Shown: positions 27,535 to 37,229 of the stretch, piece by piece
Position numbering within the stretch: the first letter of the stretch is position 1
How the letters are laid out: each line of letters opens with the position of its first letter
Source: Deltaproteobacteria bacterium
GTDB lineage: Bacteria > Myxococcota_A > UBA9160 > SZUA-336
Reading direction: 5' to 3'
DNA length: 64,000 bases
Assembly (NCBI GenBank): GCA_029261895.1
Contig: JAJDAK010000064.1
Coordinates: 18,582-82,581, forward strand
Made by a program: the position numbers and the translations under genes
Notes under the pieces: model-generated
Database searches by the model: none
What the model saw: the letters and a program-made list of their open reading frames with translations, nothing else
Told to the model about the DNA's origin: nothing

Positions 27535-29424
27535 CTAGGGTGTCATCAGCACTGCACCGCAGGATGTGCCCAGAGGCGGGCCGTATCCGTTCAGCGCGCG
27601 TTGGAGTAATGCGGCATCTTCGATGCCGCATTCGCCAGCGGGATCGAGTGGGTTGGTGATGGTTGGGTCTTGTGGACCATTGATATTGCAGAGCGCAGGC
27701 GTGGCCAAGCCCGCAGAAAGACCGATGAGGGCTGCTTTGAGTTCGATCAGATCGTCGGTCCAAACGCGACCGTCGTCGTTGACGTCCCCGCATTGACATA
27801 GGTCGCCGATGCCGTCTGGATCCAAAGCAAAACCGAAGCCACCGCGATCGAGTTGGTCAGGATTGACCACATGCCGACAGTTGTCTTCAAAGTTGAACAC
27901 GCCATCATCATCGGTGTCGCAGTTGAAGACCGTCGGGTCGAACGCGAGGCTCAACGTCGAAATCGGTGTGAACGTCGACCCACTGAGGATCGGTGCGGTG
28001 TCTACATCGCCATAGCGAAGTTGGATGGATCCGAATACCGCGTCGGTTTCAAGTGTGCTGTCGGTGATCGAAAGCTGGCGCGATGCTGCGATATCGATAT
28101 CACCCAGAAAGACCTTCGTGTCGATGATTGAACCCGGTCGAATATCGACGGTGCAACCGACAATGTCCACGTCGCCGCCGAAACCATCATTGTCCGAGGC
28201 GCCCGACGCGAAGATATTGGCATCGATCACCACAGGCCCGAGCGCGTCGAGTGAGACCGCTCCGCCAGAACCTGCCTCTCCCTTGCCATCGGCTTGGATC
28301 GGACCCAAGAGATCGATGGTGCCGAACGAAGATAGGTCGATGGTGGACTCACCGTTCGAACCGCCCTCTGCGAGCATCGCTCCCGTCGAACTCAATAGAA
28401 TTGATTCGTCCGCGCGAATTTCGATCGTTCCACCACAACCGGTCAGCGTCGTAGCTTGGATTTCGAGGTCACCAAAGATTTCGACGCTATGGCAGCCCAG
28501 TAGTATCGACCCACCACAGCTCTCGGCACCCCGGCCTTGAACGCGCAGATGATCGTTGATTCTAACCGAGCTACCTTCGAAACCAACGATCGATATGGTT
28601 CCCGCAGTGCCGTTCAGGTTGGTGCCATCGGCACCTCGGAGCAGTCCGTTGACCGTGATATTTCCGACCGCGGTAACGGTGAACTCTCCACCATCCCCGT
28701 CCCCGCCGCCGCGAAAATCGACGGTGTCGATGACAACGTTCCGACCCGCATTGATTTCAAACGATCCACCACCGCCCTCACCGCCGCTCACGTCCAGGTC
28801 ATTCAACGTTACATCTCGACCCGCAGTAATACCGAGGCCAACAGAGGAGTCGCTGCCTCGACCAAAACTTCCGCCTTGGCCCAAAACAGGACCGAACAAG
28901 TCGACGTCGAGCGCGGCCACGAAGTCCATCGTGCCAGCATCGGCGGCAATGACCGAGTTGGATACGGAGATCTTACTGATGCTCAGGATCGAACCCGTGA
29001 ATGCATCGAGTGCGAGCTCGCCGCCGGGGTTGCCCGTGAGGGAAACGGGGGCAGGACTCAGACTCGAGTTGTTAAAGAAGATACTCTCGTCTGCGTCGAC
29101 AGAAATATTGCCGCCAGAGTTGACCGAATCACCGTTCGCTCGTAGCCGACCCGAACCCGAAAGTGTGAAGTTCCGAGCGTGAATACTCATGGTATTGGAG
29201 CCGACGTCGAGTGTACCGTGCAAAATGACGTCGCGATCGCCGAAATCCAAGTTTGCAAAGTCATCGATCACGTACGTTCCACTTGGAATGGTGCACGGAT
29301 CTTGGTTGGCCGGGCAGAGCAGGTTGGGATCGTTGATTCCGTAGGCGGTGTTTCCAATCCCGACGAGGCCGAACACGCATGCGCTGAGCCAGACCCGGAA
29401 CAGGCGCCGGGATTGAGACTTCAT
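27535..29424 (-). CDS. Secreted Gly-rich beta-helix repeat protein with C-terminal TSP3-like and dockerin/EF-hand-like calcium-binding repeats (paralog B)
   Basis: Signal peptide, then DPNLLCPANQDPCTIPSGT, then degenerate G/D/S/T-rich repeats. The C-terminus is CDTDDDGVFNFEDNCRHVVNPDQLD ... CQCGDVNDDGRVWTDD. Confidence 0.7.
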   Translation of the reverse strand: MKSQSRRLFRVWLSACVFGLVGIGNTAYGINDPNLLCPANQDPCTIPSGTYVIDDFANLDFGDRDVILHGTLDVGSNTMSIHARNFTLSGSGRLRANGDSVNSGGNISVDADESIFFNNSSLSPAPVSLTGNPGGELALDAFTGSILSISKISVSNSVIAADAGTMDFVAALDVDLFGPVLGQGGSFGRGSDSSVGLGITAGRDVTLNDLDVSGGEGGGGSFEINAGRNVVIDTVDFRGGGDGDGGEFTVTAVGNITVNGLLRGADGTNLNGTAGTISIVGFEGSSVRINDHLRVQGRGAESCGGSILLGCHSVEIFGDLEIQATTLTGCGGTIEIRADESILLSSTGAMLAEGGSNGESTIDLSSFGTIDLLGPIQADGKGEAGSGGAVSLDALGPVVIDANIFASGASDNDGFGGDVDIVGCTVDIRPGSIIDTKVFLGDIDIAASRQLSITDSTLETDAVFGSIQLRYGDVDTAPILSGSTFTPISTLSLAFDPTVFNCDTDDDGVFNFEDNCRHVVNPDQLDRGGFGFALDPDGIGDLCQCGDVNDDGRVWTDDLIELKAALIGLSAGLATPALCNINGPQDPTITNPLDPAGECGIEDAALLQRALNGYGPPLGTSCGAVLMTP

Positions 29425-31287
29425 CTAGGGGACCGCGTTCCGGCAGCTCTGAGGAATGAAAGGGATGAGGCCGTTTGCATTGCGCTCGAGAACCGCCCAA
29501 TCGTCGACCTTGCAGTCGGGTGCGATATTAAACACATCCCAAGTATCCCCATCGACGGGTCCGGTGACGTTGCACTTCCGCGGCCCGGCGATTGAGGACA
29601 CCTGTGCGAGGGCCAGTTTAACCCCATCTGCGTCTGTTTGATTGACGAAACCGTCGCCGTTCACGTCGCCGCATTGGCAGACGGTACCGATACCGTCGCC
29701 GTTTGAGTCGGCCTGGCCGGCATTCGCGAAGAAAGGACAGTTGTCATCAAAGTTCAAGATGCCATCGTTGTCGTCGTCGCAGCTAGGAATATTTGGATTC
29801 AGAATCAGATTGGGCGCGGGCGTGATCGTGCTGCCGGTGAGATCGGGTGCGGTGTTTCGATAGAAGATGTTGACCATGCCACTTGTCGGATCTGCAGTAA
29901 TGGATCCCGCGATGGAACCATCTTCGCGGATCGTGAGATCAAATAGTCCGATCGCGTTGGGCTCGGTCATCAAAATCGAGGAGGCCGCGGCCATGTCGAC
30001 AAGACAGGCGGACATCGTAATATTGCCTGGTCTGCCGCCGTTCGATCCACGTACGTCGATCGAACCGCCCACACTGAGAGTATTTTCTGCATCGAGAGAG
30101 ATATCGGCCCCGATGCCCAGAATTCCGGTGGCGTCACCGTCAATGGTTCCGTTCATCGCAATCGATCCGTCGGCAGTAAAATCAATACTTCCTCCGCCTC
30201 CGGTACCGGGTTCGATTAAAATGCGTCCGTTGGTCGTGAGGTTAATGTCCCGCGTAGCAAAGATGTCTACGCTTCCCGCGGTACCATCGGGGGTGGTGCG
30301 TCCCATTTGGATATCATTTTGAATGTTCACCGTGTCACCGCTGATATCGACCGTACCCGCTGCCGCGCCCGCGCCACGTCCTTGCAATTGCAACTCATCG
30401 AAGATGAAGACGGTACTGTTTTCTTCGGTGATCACTTCGAGAGACCCGGCAAGGCCGCCATCGGCCTGACCGTCCATGGTGCGGAGTATGCCGGTGAAGA
30501 TCACATCGGCTTCGGCGGTTACCGTCAAGTCGCCACCGTCGCCCAAGCCCGTAGCAGACAGGTCGATCAGTCCAAGTGTGACGCTGCCGCTACCGCTACA
30601 CGTAACGTCGAGAAAACCGCCGCCGTCTTCGCCGCCTGAAAAATCCACGTCGTTTACAAAAATCGGCCCCGCGGTCGCATCGAGACCGTCCGGAAGCGAC
30701 GATTCACTTCCAGCGCCCGCGCTGCCGCCGTGACCGTCGACTTTGCCATTGAGTTGAATCTCGCCTGCGGCCACAACGGTGAGTGTTCCGCCCGACTCGT
30801 CCGAAGAGATCGAGCTCACGTCAATCTTGCCTTCGACGAAGACTGAACCGGATCCGGATTCGAGCGATATTGAGCCGCCCGGTGCACCGGACGCTTGTAA
30901 GGGTGGTGGAACGTTGTCGTTATTCGTCACGTTGATATCGTCGTCGGTAAAGATATCGATGGTGCCACCCTCGAGTGTGGATGATCCTTGCGCATCGATC
31001 CGACCCCCAAGTCCGAACGTCATCGATTTCGCGAAAATATTGATCGTGCCTGCGTCGACGACGATCATCATGGCGTTCACGGAATCCACGGTGCGGAGCG
31101 TGCCTTCGAGTATGACGTCACGCGCTCCGAAATCTAGAATTGCACTATCGGCGATCAGAAATGTGCCGCTGGGAATGATGCAGGGGTCCCCGGTGCACAG
31201 ATCGTTTGGATCTGAAATAATTTGCGCTTCGACCTGTACTGCCGCCAGCAAAAACAGGGACGCCGCGAAGATAACCAAACTGCGCAT
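29425..31287 (-). CDS. Secreted Gly-rich beta-helix repeat protein with C-terminal TSP3-like and dockerin-like repeats (paralog A)
   Basis: Start at MRSLVIFAASLFLLAAVQVEAQ (signal peptide). DPNDLCTGDPCIIPSGT ... CDDDNDGILNFDDNCPF ... CQCGDVNGDGFVNQTDADGVKLAL. The stop abuts the start of paralog B with zero spacing. Confidence 0.7.
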   Translation of the reverse strand: MRSLVIFAASLFLLAAVQVEAQIISDPNDLCTGDPCIIPSGTFLIADSAILDFGARDVILEGTLRTVDSVNAMMIVVDAGTINIFAKSMTFGLGGRIDAQGSSTLEGGTIDIFTDDDINVTNNDNVPPPLQASGAPGGSISLESGSGSVFVEGKIDVSSISSDESGGTLTVVAAGEIQLNGKVDGHGGSAGAGSESSLPDGLDATAGPIFVNDVDFSGGEDGGGFLDVTCSGSGSVTLGLIDLSATGLGDGGDLTVTAEADVIFTGILRTMDGQADGGLAGSLEVITEENSTVFIFDELQLQGRGAGAAAGTVDISGDTVNIQNDIQMGRTTPDGTAGSVDIFATRDINLTTNGRILIEPGTGGGGSIDFTADGSIAMNGTIDGDATGILGIGADISLDAENTLSVGGSIDVRGSNGGRPGNITMSACLVDMAAASSILMTEPNAIGLFDLTIREDGSIAGSITADPTSGMVNIFYRNTAPDLTGSTITPAPNLILNPNIPSCDDDNDGILNFDDNCPFFANAGQADSNGDGIGTVCQCGDVNGDGFVNQTDADGVKLALAQVSSIAGPRKCNVTGPVDGDTWDVFNIAPDCKVDDWAVLERNANGLIPFIPQSCRNAVP

Positions 31288-31466
31288 GGATCTATTCGAC
31301 TCGCTTCCTTGATTGTTGTATTTTACCCTCACTGTAACTGTACCTTGAGACTTTGAGACCTGACAACATAAATGTGGGAAATCAGCGTGTTCGGTGGCAA
31401 TATCGGTGCGCTAAATGGGAATTCGATCGAAGCTGTAGGTGTAACCCCGCAGTAGGAGGGTCAGGG

Positions 31467-32075
31467 ATGGATTGTCGGAACCACGTCTTAGTCGGTATGT
31501 CTGCACTTGCGTTGCTATGTAACGCTTGTAGCGGTGGGGACCCGCCAGGTTCCGATGCCGAAACAGCCGAGCCCGCGACCGTACCTGCATCGCCCACGCC
31601 TGGACCGTCCACCAAAACGGTGCCGCAGCCCGTGCTCGATGTTGTCCAAATTCCAGCAAATGTAGAGGATCCTGAAGAAGCGCTTCGCCAGCTTGAGGTC
31701 GCGATGGCGAGCGAGGATAGAGAGATTAGGGAAGCCGCAATTCTGGCGATTTGGGAGATTGAGTCCGATCGATCGAACGATGTTCTTGCCTCGGCCGCAA
31801 AGGCGGAGAAAGATACGGAGCTGCGCAGCTATTTGATGGAAGAGTTGCTGGATCGTGAAGCCCCGCAAGCATTCGATACGGCTCTTTTGTATTTGCAGGA
31901 TTCGACGCCCGATTTGCGGGAAGAAGCTGCGGAAGCGCTGGAGTCTTTAGAAAATTCAGCGGCAGCGCCATCGCTCTTGGCCGCGCTCAAATCCGAACAG
32001 GACGAAGATGTCCGCGACGCATTGATATCGGCGCTCGAGGAATTGGATCCAAGTTTCGAGGCGCCCGAGGAGTAG
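31467..32075 (+). CDS. HEAT-repeat (PBS-lyase-like) protein, probably exported
   Basis: Start at MDCRNHVLVGMSALALLCNACSGG with an AGGAGGG RBS. Acidic EExxR HEAT-like repeats follow. Confidence 0.6.
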   Translation: MDCRNHVLVGMSALALLCNACSGGDPPGSDAETAEPATVPASPTPGPSTKTVPQPVLDVVQIPANVEDPEEALRQLEVAMASEDREIREAAILAIWEIESDRSNDVLASAAKAEKDTELRSYLMEELLDREAPQAFDTALLYLQDSTPDLREEAAEALESLENSAAAPSLLAALKSEQDEDVRDALISALEELDPSFEAPEE

Positions 32076-32077
32076 TC

Positions 32078-33115
32078 TCAGTTATCGAGATTATCGATCG
32101 CGGTTTCGGCGGCTTCCTGGACGGAGCGGTCCGTATCGCGTTTCCAAATTTCGACCAGCGCTTCTCTATCTTCCGCATCACCCAACGCTTCAACTGCGGT
32201 GATCCGAATCTCAGCATCTTTGTCTTTAGCCGCGGCTTTGAGTGCATTGGTGACCACAGGATCGGTGCCGTCGCTGGTGGCGAGCGCACTCAGCGCTTCG
32301 AGTGCGACAATTCTGACCTGCTTGCTGCTATCGCGAAGGGCAGTCGCGAGAACTTTGCGCGAAGTGGGATCGTCTTCTGCCCACTCCGCGAACCCCTCTT
32401 CGATCGCATGCAGGCGGACGCCGGCGTCTTTATCGTTGAGCGCCGCCTCACGCAGTGGACCCTTCGGTGTGTTTTCCTCGTACCAAAGTAGGTTTTCTAC
32501 GGCCGCCTCGCGTACCCGCGGATCCCTATCTTGTCCGAGCACCTGAACCAAAATGTCCTTGGCTAATTCCTCGTCCAGGCCGACGAGTTGTTCGACCGCG
32601 TCGATTCGTTGGCTTGCCTTTTTGCTCCGCAGCGCGCGTTTCGTGACGTTTTCGAAGCTATCCTCGTCGACATCCTCTTTGGGTAGAGCTTGAAGTGCAG
32701 ATGGGATCCGTTTTGCGCCACTGCCTGCGAGCTTGCTTACTCCGTCCAAAATCCAAACCTCTGTCAATATTGTATGTAAGGCGTCGGCGTTCGGACCGGG
32801 CCCGTATACCGCGACCACATTTCGGTCGCCGAGTAAGCGGTTGAGCGCTTTTTCCATCGGCAAGGGTCCGACATCCAGATGAATCGAGTCTCTCGGCGGC
32901 TCCGCGGCGATGAATTGGACACCCGTCAGTTCGCTGATTCCCGCGAGCAGCTGATCGATCGGTGCTCCCGCCGAATTGATTGAAAGCCGATTGTTTTCAT
33001 GTAGTTCAAGCTGATATTGCGGTCCGCGTTTGGACTTCGTGGCCGCTTCCTCTGCACGCGACTCCGGCGCAGGGAGGAGTGCTATGCAAATGATGACCGA
33101 CATCAGCAGTTTCAA
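32078..33115 (-). CDS. HEAT-repeat (PBS-lyase-like) secreted protein
   Basis: Signal peptide MKLLMSVIICIALLPAPESRA. Repeated DPRVREAAVENL / DAGVRLHAIE / SKQVRIVALEAL / DAEIRITAVEAL units. Confidence 0.65.
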   Translation of the reverse strand: MKLLMSVIICIALLPAPESRAEEAATKSKRGPQYQLELHENNRLSINSAGAPIDQLLAGISELTGVQFIAAEPPRDSIHLDVGPLPMEKALNRLLGDRNVVAVYGPGPNADALHTILTEVWILDGVSKLAGSGAKRIPSALQALPKEDVDEDSFENVTKRALRSKKASQRIDAVEQLVGLDEELAKDILVQVLGQDRDPRVREAAVENLLWYEENTPKGPLREAALNDKDAGVRLHAIEEGFAEWAEDDPTSRKVLATALRDSSKQVRIVALEALSALATSDGTDPVVTNALKAAAKDKDAEIRITAVEALGDAEDREALVEIWKRDTDRSVQEAAETAIDNLDN

Positions 33116-33130
33116 AGGCTCGTTTTCTCC

Positions 33131-33155
33131 AATCCGAATGACTCTTTTTCGGATT
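33131..33155. promoter_or_regulatory. Hairpin (8-bp stem AATCCGAA/TTCGGATT, 9-nt loop) in the 5-prime leader of the minus-strand HEAT-repeat gene
   Basis: Lies 16-40 nt upstream of the ATG at 33115, immediately before the GGAGAAAA RBS. Confidence 0.3.
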
Positions 33156-33364
33156 CTAGGACACTTAAACCATAGCCCTTCATAGGGTGGCGGTACCGGT
33201 GAAAAGAGAGCGGATTCCAGGCATGAGAATACTTGTATCCATGGGGTTTAGGACCCGGATGGATCTTGACATCTCCCCACAGTCCGCGTTTCATAACTCA
33301 CTCGTTCTGTTTGGGACGGCTAGGGCTGTAGTGTGCTTCAAAAGAGGCGTAAGGAGGGACTGGG

Positions 33365-35254
33365 ATGAACTGTAAGCGGAATGGACTCGCCGCGTTCATG
33401 GTGCTGGCGATCGCAACGTTTTGGGTGGGCGCCGCAGAGGTGCACGCAGTAGGCGGTGACGACGTAAATACCGCGAAGAAAGTGTCTAAGGACACCGAGA
33501 AATGTGGAAAGGCCATCGCAGATAAGGGCAACCAGTACATCCAGAAACGCGCCAAGGCGATCAACAGTTGTTTGGATACGGTTCTGAAATGCGATGAGCA
33601 AGCCGACGCGGTCAAGGCGGCGGCGTGTCGTGCCAAGGCAGTTGATCCAGGCAAGGGAAAGTGCTCGGTTGGTAAGTTGGACGGCGGCGCCACCACGATT
33701 GGTGCCGGCGCGAGTAACGGCGTTAATAAGACCAACAAGCCCACGCTTGATAAGGAACTCGCGAAGTATCGCGATGCGATTCAAAAAGCATGCTTCACCC
33801 CGGGCAAGCTAGCCGACGTTACAAGCATTCTGACCGGTATGGGTTTCAATCCCTTAGAAAACCCCACCGATGCCGACTCTCTAATGGATCAGATCAATAA
33901 TGATGATGACGGCGTAAGTTGTTTGGCAAATCAACTGGTGCTCGAGACGACACCGCTCGCGAACGAAATCGTCGCGTTGCTTGATCCCAACAATAATTCC
34001 AACGTCGCGTTCGCGCTACGAGAAGAGGGCGGCAGTATTTCGAGCTGCCCGCGACCATTGTTTACGGGAGCGAATCTCGAATGTCGTTTTGATCGACAGG
34101 GGATTTGTTTTGGCGGTACCACACCCGGCATTCCGTGTGCTCCGCTCGGTAGTCTCGCTTGCCCGGATGATCCGCTGGTTCCGTCGAATCGCGGTGCATG
34201 CCTAGCGAAGAGCCGGATCTTGGTCTTCGCGCCCGAATCCAGTCCGGGTGCAGGGATCACGACGCTGCCGATTTCGGTGATCGGCTCGATCGGTGTGAAC
34301 TGCGATCCCGAAGATCCCAACACCAATGGCTCGTCGTGTACCTGTGATTTCTTAGCGTCGGGCAGCATCTTCATCCCTGGAATCGGGGTCGCTTGTCTTG
34401 AGGCGTTCTCCGGTTGCCCCGCGGGTGAGCTGACCTGTGACGCCGGTGCGCGCGTGGATACCAAGGCGATTATGGATCATGACATTGGTTTCTGCTCGGG
34501 TACCTGCACGGGTGGTACACAGGACGGTAAGCTCTGTGCGGCTTCGGTGCAGCTTGGCTCCGACTTTGATCAGTGCAATCCATTCATTGGTGACCCGACT
34601 AGCTGTACGACGCCGTCGAATTGTACAACTGGCGGTGGTACCTGTGGTGGGGGGCAAGCGGATTGTGCAACCCAATGCGATGCATATTGCGATGCGTTGG
34701 GTCCCGACTATGAGTTCTTTGAGCAGGGCTGCGAAAACTTCTGCTTCCTGGGCGATACCCCGGATGTGTCATGCAACGTTGAGGGAGATTGCCCCAACGG
34801 AAGTTGCAGTGGAAAAGACGCTCAGTCGCCGAAGCAGCCTTTTTGCCAATGTAAGTGCCTCCAAGTGGGCGGTGCCGAATCCGCCGTTGCGGATGAGGGT
34901 TCACTGACTTGCAGCATCGGTATCCAGATCACGGTATTTGACACGGCAGACCCAAATGCGAAGTGTGAGGATCAGACCGACAATAAACTTTTGGAACTCC
35001 CCGACACTTGCATACCGATCACCACGGGGGCATCCGAAGCCTCGATCACGAATTTCGAACGCCACCAAGGAAGTGGGGTTAGTTTCGGTCCGTTCGGTAC
35101 GCAGGGTGCGAGCGTGACATGTCATGACCTAAACGAGGAGTCGATTCGACGGCTCCAGCTCGGTGGTACATTGACGTTCGGTGATTCGAATATCGGTGAT
35201 CTCGTGATCCCGCTCACGCTTGACTGCGCGGACGATCCAAGCGTCGCCGACTAG
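33365..35254 (+). CDS. Large Cys-rich secreted protein, hypothetical
   Basis: Signal peptide MNCKRNGLAAFMVLAIATFWVGAAEVHA. More than 45 Cys in clustered CxxC / CxC patterns (CTTPSNCTTGGGTCGGGQADCATQCDAYCDALG...). Confidence 0.6.
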   Translation: MNCKRNGLAAFMVLAIATFWVGAAEVHAVGGDDVNTAKKVSKDTEKCGKAIADKGNQYIQKRAKAINSCLDTVLKCDEQADAVKAAACRAKAVDPGKGKCSVGKLDGGATTIGAGASNGVNKTNKPTLDKELAKYRDAIQKACFTPGKLADVTSILTGMGFNPLENPTDADSLMDQINNDDDGVSCLANQLVLETTPLANEIVALLDPNNNSNVAFALREEGGSISSCPRPLFTGANLECRFDRQGICFGGTTPGIPCAPLGSLACPDDPLVPSNRGACLAKSRILVFAPESSPGAGITTLPISVIGSIGVNCDPEDPNTNGSSCTCDFLASGSIFIPGIGVACLEAFSGCPAGELTCDAGARVDTKAIMDHDIGFCSGTCTGGTQDGKLCAASVQLGSDFDQCNPFIGDPTSCTTPSNCTTGGGTCGGGQADCATQCDAYCDALGPDYEFFEQGCENFCFLGDTPDVSCNVEGDCPNGSCSGKDAQSPKQPFCQCKCLQVGGAESAVADEGSLTCSIGIQITVFDTADPNAKCEDQTDNKLLELPDTCIPITTGASEASITNFERHQGSGVSFGPFGTQGASVTCHDLNEESIRRLQLGGTLTFGDSNIGDLVIPLTLDCADDPSVAD

Positions 35255-35277
35255 TCAAAGCGGAAGCCTTAAACAGA

Positions 35278-35318
35278 AACGGCCACCGGCGCGTAGCGCG
35301 GGTGGCCGTTTTCTTTCT
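35278..35318. terminator. Bidirectional hairpin terminator between convergent genes
   Basis: AACGGCCACC-ggcgcgtagcgcg-GGTGGCCGTT followed by TTCTTTCT. Confidence 0.65.
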
Positions 35319-35326
35319 GCAGCGAC

Positions 35327-35848
35327 CTAGTAGACCAGGCCGAAAGAATCGAAGAACGCTTCGGCTGCCGCTGGGTCTTCTTGGCCGGCCGGTGTGGTGA
35401 CTTTCAACTCGTAGATGCGGTCATCGATGAAATAGATTCGTACGTAGACGACTTGATCGTCGTCGGTTTCTACCACGAATTTTTGCCCTGGTTGTTCATC
35501 GCCGAGTTCGATGACTTCATGCGTATCGCGAATCTTACCCTTCAGATCGGCTTTGACCTGTGCGCGTCGCGCATCGAGCAACTGCCATCGCTCACCCAAC
35601 ATGAAGATGGTGGGCGGATACTCGTGGTAAGTGAGTTGATGCGTGATCGAACCGCCCTCAGGGGCAAGTGTAAACCTGCGCATCTTTACTTCGCCGAAAC
35701 CCGAGGCCTCGGTTTCCGTTTCGTCCTGCGGCGCCGCGGGGAAGACGATTTGAAAATCCTCGTCTTCGGGCGAAACGCGCACGCTCTGGTCACCCGCGCT
35801 ACAAGAACCCAGGAACAGAATTCCGAGAGTCCAGACTATTGCTTTCAT
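35327..35848 (-). CDS. Lipoprotein, hypothetical
   Basis: MKAIVWTLGILFLGSCSAG signal with lipobox Cys. Confidence 0.6.
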   Translation of the reverse strand: MKAIVWTLGILFLGSCSAGDQSVRVSPEDEDFQIVFPAAPQDETETEASGFGEVKMRRFTLAPEGGSITHQLTYHEYPPTIFMLGERWQLLDARRAQVKADLKGKIRDTHEVIELGDEQPGQKFVVETDDDQVVYVRIYFIDDRIYELKVTTPAGQEDPAAAEAFFDSFGLVY

Positions 35849-35920
35849 TGAGTGGTTCCTCCCGTGCTGCGAAACCGGGGAGGATGCTAGGCCTCGAGAG
35901 CTGGGTTGTCGACCGCCCGG

Positions 35921-37108
35921 TTATGCGTCGAGTTCGACCGGAAGATGTGTGACCAGACGGAAGAACGGACTCGAGTGGTATTCGAGCCGCTCGTGCTGGA
36001 GGACGCAAAATCCGCGGGTGCGCCGCAGCAGGGTGCGGAGTGCGATCAGAGCCTCAAGGCGTACAAGTCGTGCACCCAGGCAGTAATGGGGTCCGATTCC
36101 GAAGGCGATGTGTCGATTGTCAGTTCGGGTGCAGTCGAATTGCTCTGCATTCGGGAATACGTTTTCGTCGCGATTCGCGGAACCGAGCCAGAGCAGAACG
36201 GTCTTTCCTTCTTTGACGAGCGTATCGGCGAGCACATGGTCCCGTCGTGCGAGGCGCAGGGTTAGTTGCGCGGGCGAGGTGTAACGCAGTACTTCTTCGA
36301 TCGCTTGGGGAATGGCCTCAGGATGTTGGCGAAGGAAACCCTGTTGATCCGGATGTCGGGAGAGTTCGATGACCGCGTTCCCGATCAGCCCGCCCGTGGT
36401 CTCGGTGGAGGCCATCACGATTAGCATGAGCATCTGTAGGAGTTCTTTTTCGTTGAGCTGGTCTCCCGCTGCGTTGGGGTTCGCCAATTCAGAGAGTAGG
36501 TCGTTCCGAGGCTGCCCACGTCGTTCATCCAACAACGCAGTAAAGTACTGATTCATTTCCTGAAGAACGCGTAGCTCTTTTTCGTATGCGTCGTTATTGG
36601 GATTGTCGCGTGCGAGACGAGCGCCAAGTCGATCACTGAGTATGTCGGCCCACGTTCGAAGTCGCGTCCAGTCCTCGTCCGGAACACCGAGGATGGATCC
36701 GATCACGATCACGGGGAGTGGGTGGGCGACGGTATCCGCGAAGTCGACTCGGCCCTTCGGTATCGCGTCGTCGAGCAAGCGTTGAACGATGCTTTCGACG
36801 CGACCGCCCAGGGTTCGGACAACCCGCGGCATGAACTGATCACGTATGAAGCCGCGCAGGCGCTGATGTTCGGGCGGGTCCTGGGACAACATATTGGGCG
36901 GGAGGTCGGGATGTGAGGAAATTTCAGGCACTCGGACGCCGTCAGATGCCCAGCCCGACCAATCCTTGAGCACCGAGATGATATCTTCGTAGCGGAAGAT
37001 CGAGCGATACCCGGTGTTTTCATGGTAGATGAAGGGGTGATGTCGACGCGCTTGCGCGTAAAACGGATACGGATTCCGCCGAATCTCTGGATCGAATGGG
37101 CCGACCAA
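35921..37108 (-). CDS. Cytochrome P450
   Basis: Heme-binding loop FGIGPHYCLGARL, ETLR-like ExxR (EVLRY), 395 aa. Confidence 0.85.
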   Translation of the reverse strand: MVGPFDPEIRRNPYPFYAQARRHHPFIYHENTGYRSIFRYEDIISVLKDWSGWASDGVRVPEISSHPDLPPNMLSQDPPEHQRLRGFIRDQFMPRVVRTLGGRVESIVQRLLDDAIPKGRVDFADTVAHPLPVIVIGSILGVPDEDWTRLRTWADILSDRLGARLARDNPNNDAYEKELRVLQEMNQYFTALLDERRGQPRNDLLSELANPNAAGDQLNEKELLQMLMLIVMASTETTGGLIGNAVIELSRHPDQQGFLRQHPEAIPQAIEEVLRYTSPAQLTLRLARRDHVLADTLVKEGKTVLLWLGSANRDENVFPNAEQFDCTRTDNRHIAFGIGPHYCLGARLVRLEALIALRTLLRRTRGFCVLQHERLEYHSSPFFRLVTHLPVELDA

Positions 37109-37229
37109 AGACGTCCCCCCCTGAGTCGTAGCGCGGACAGTATTCCATAGATTTCCGACCGCACAATCTTCTTCGGGGTGGAAGTCCCTCGCTCAGATAC
37201 AATTCGCGGAAGCTTGAAAGGAAATGCTC

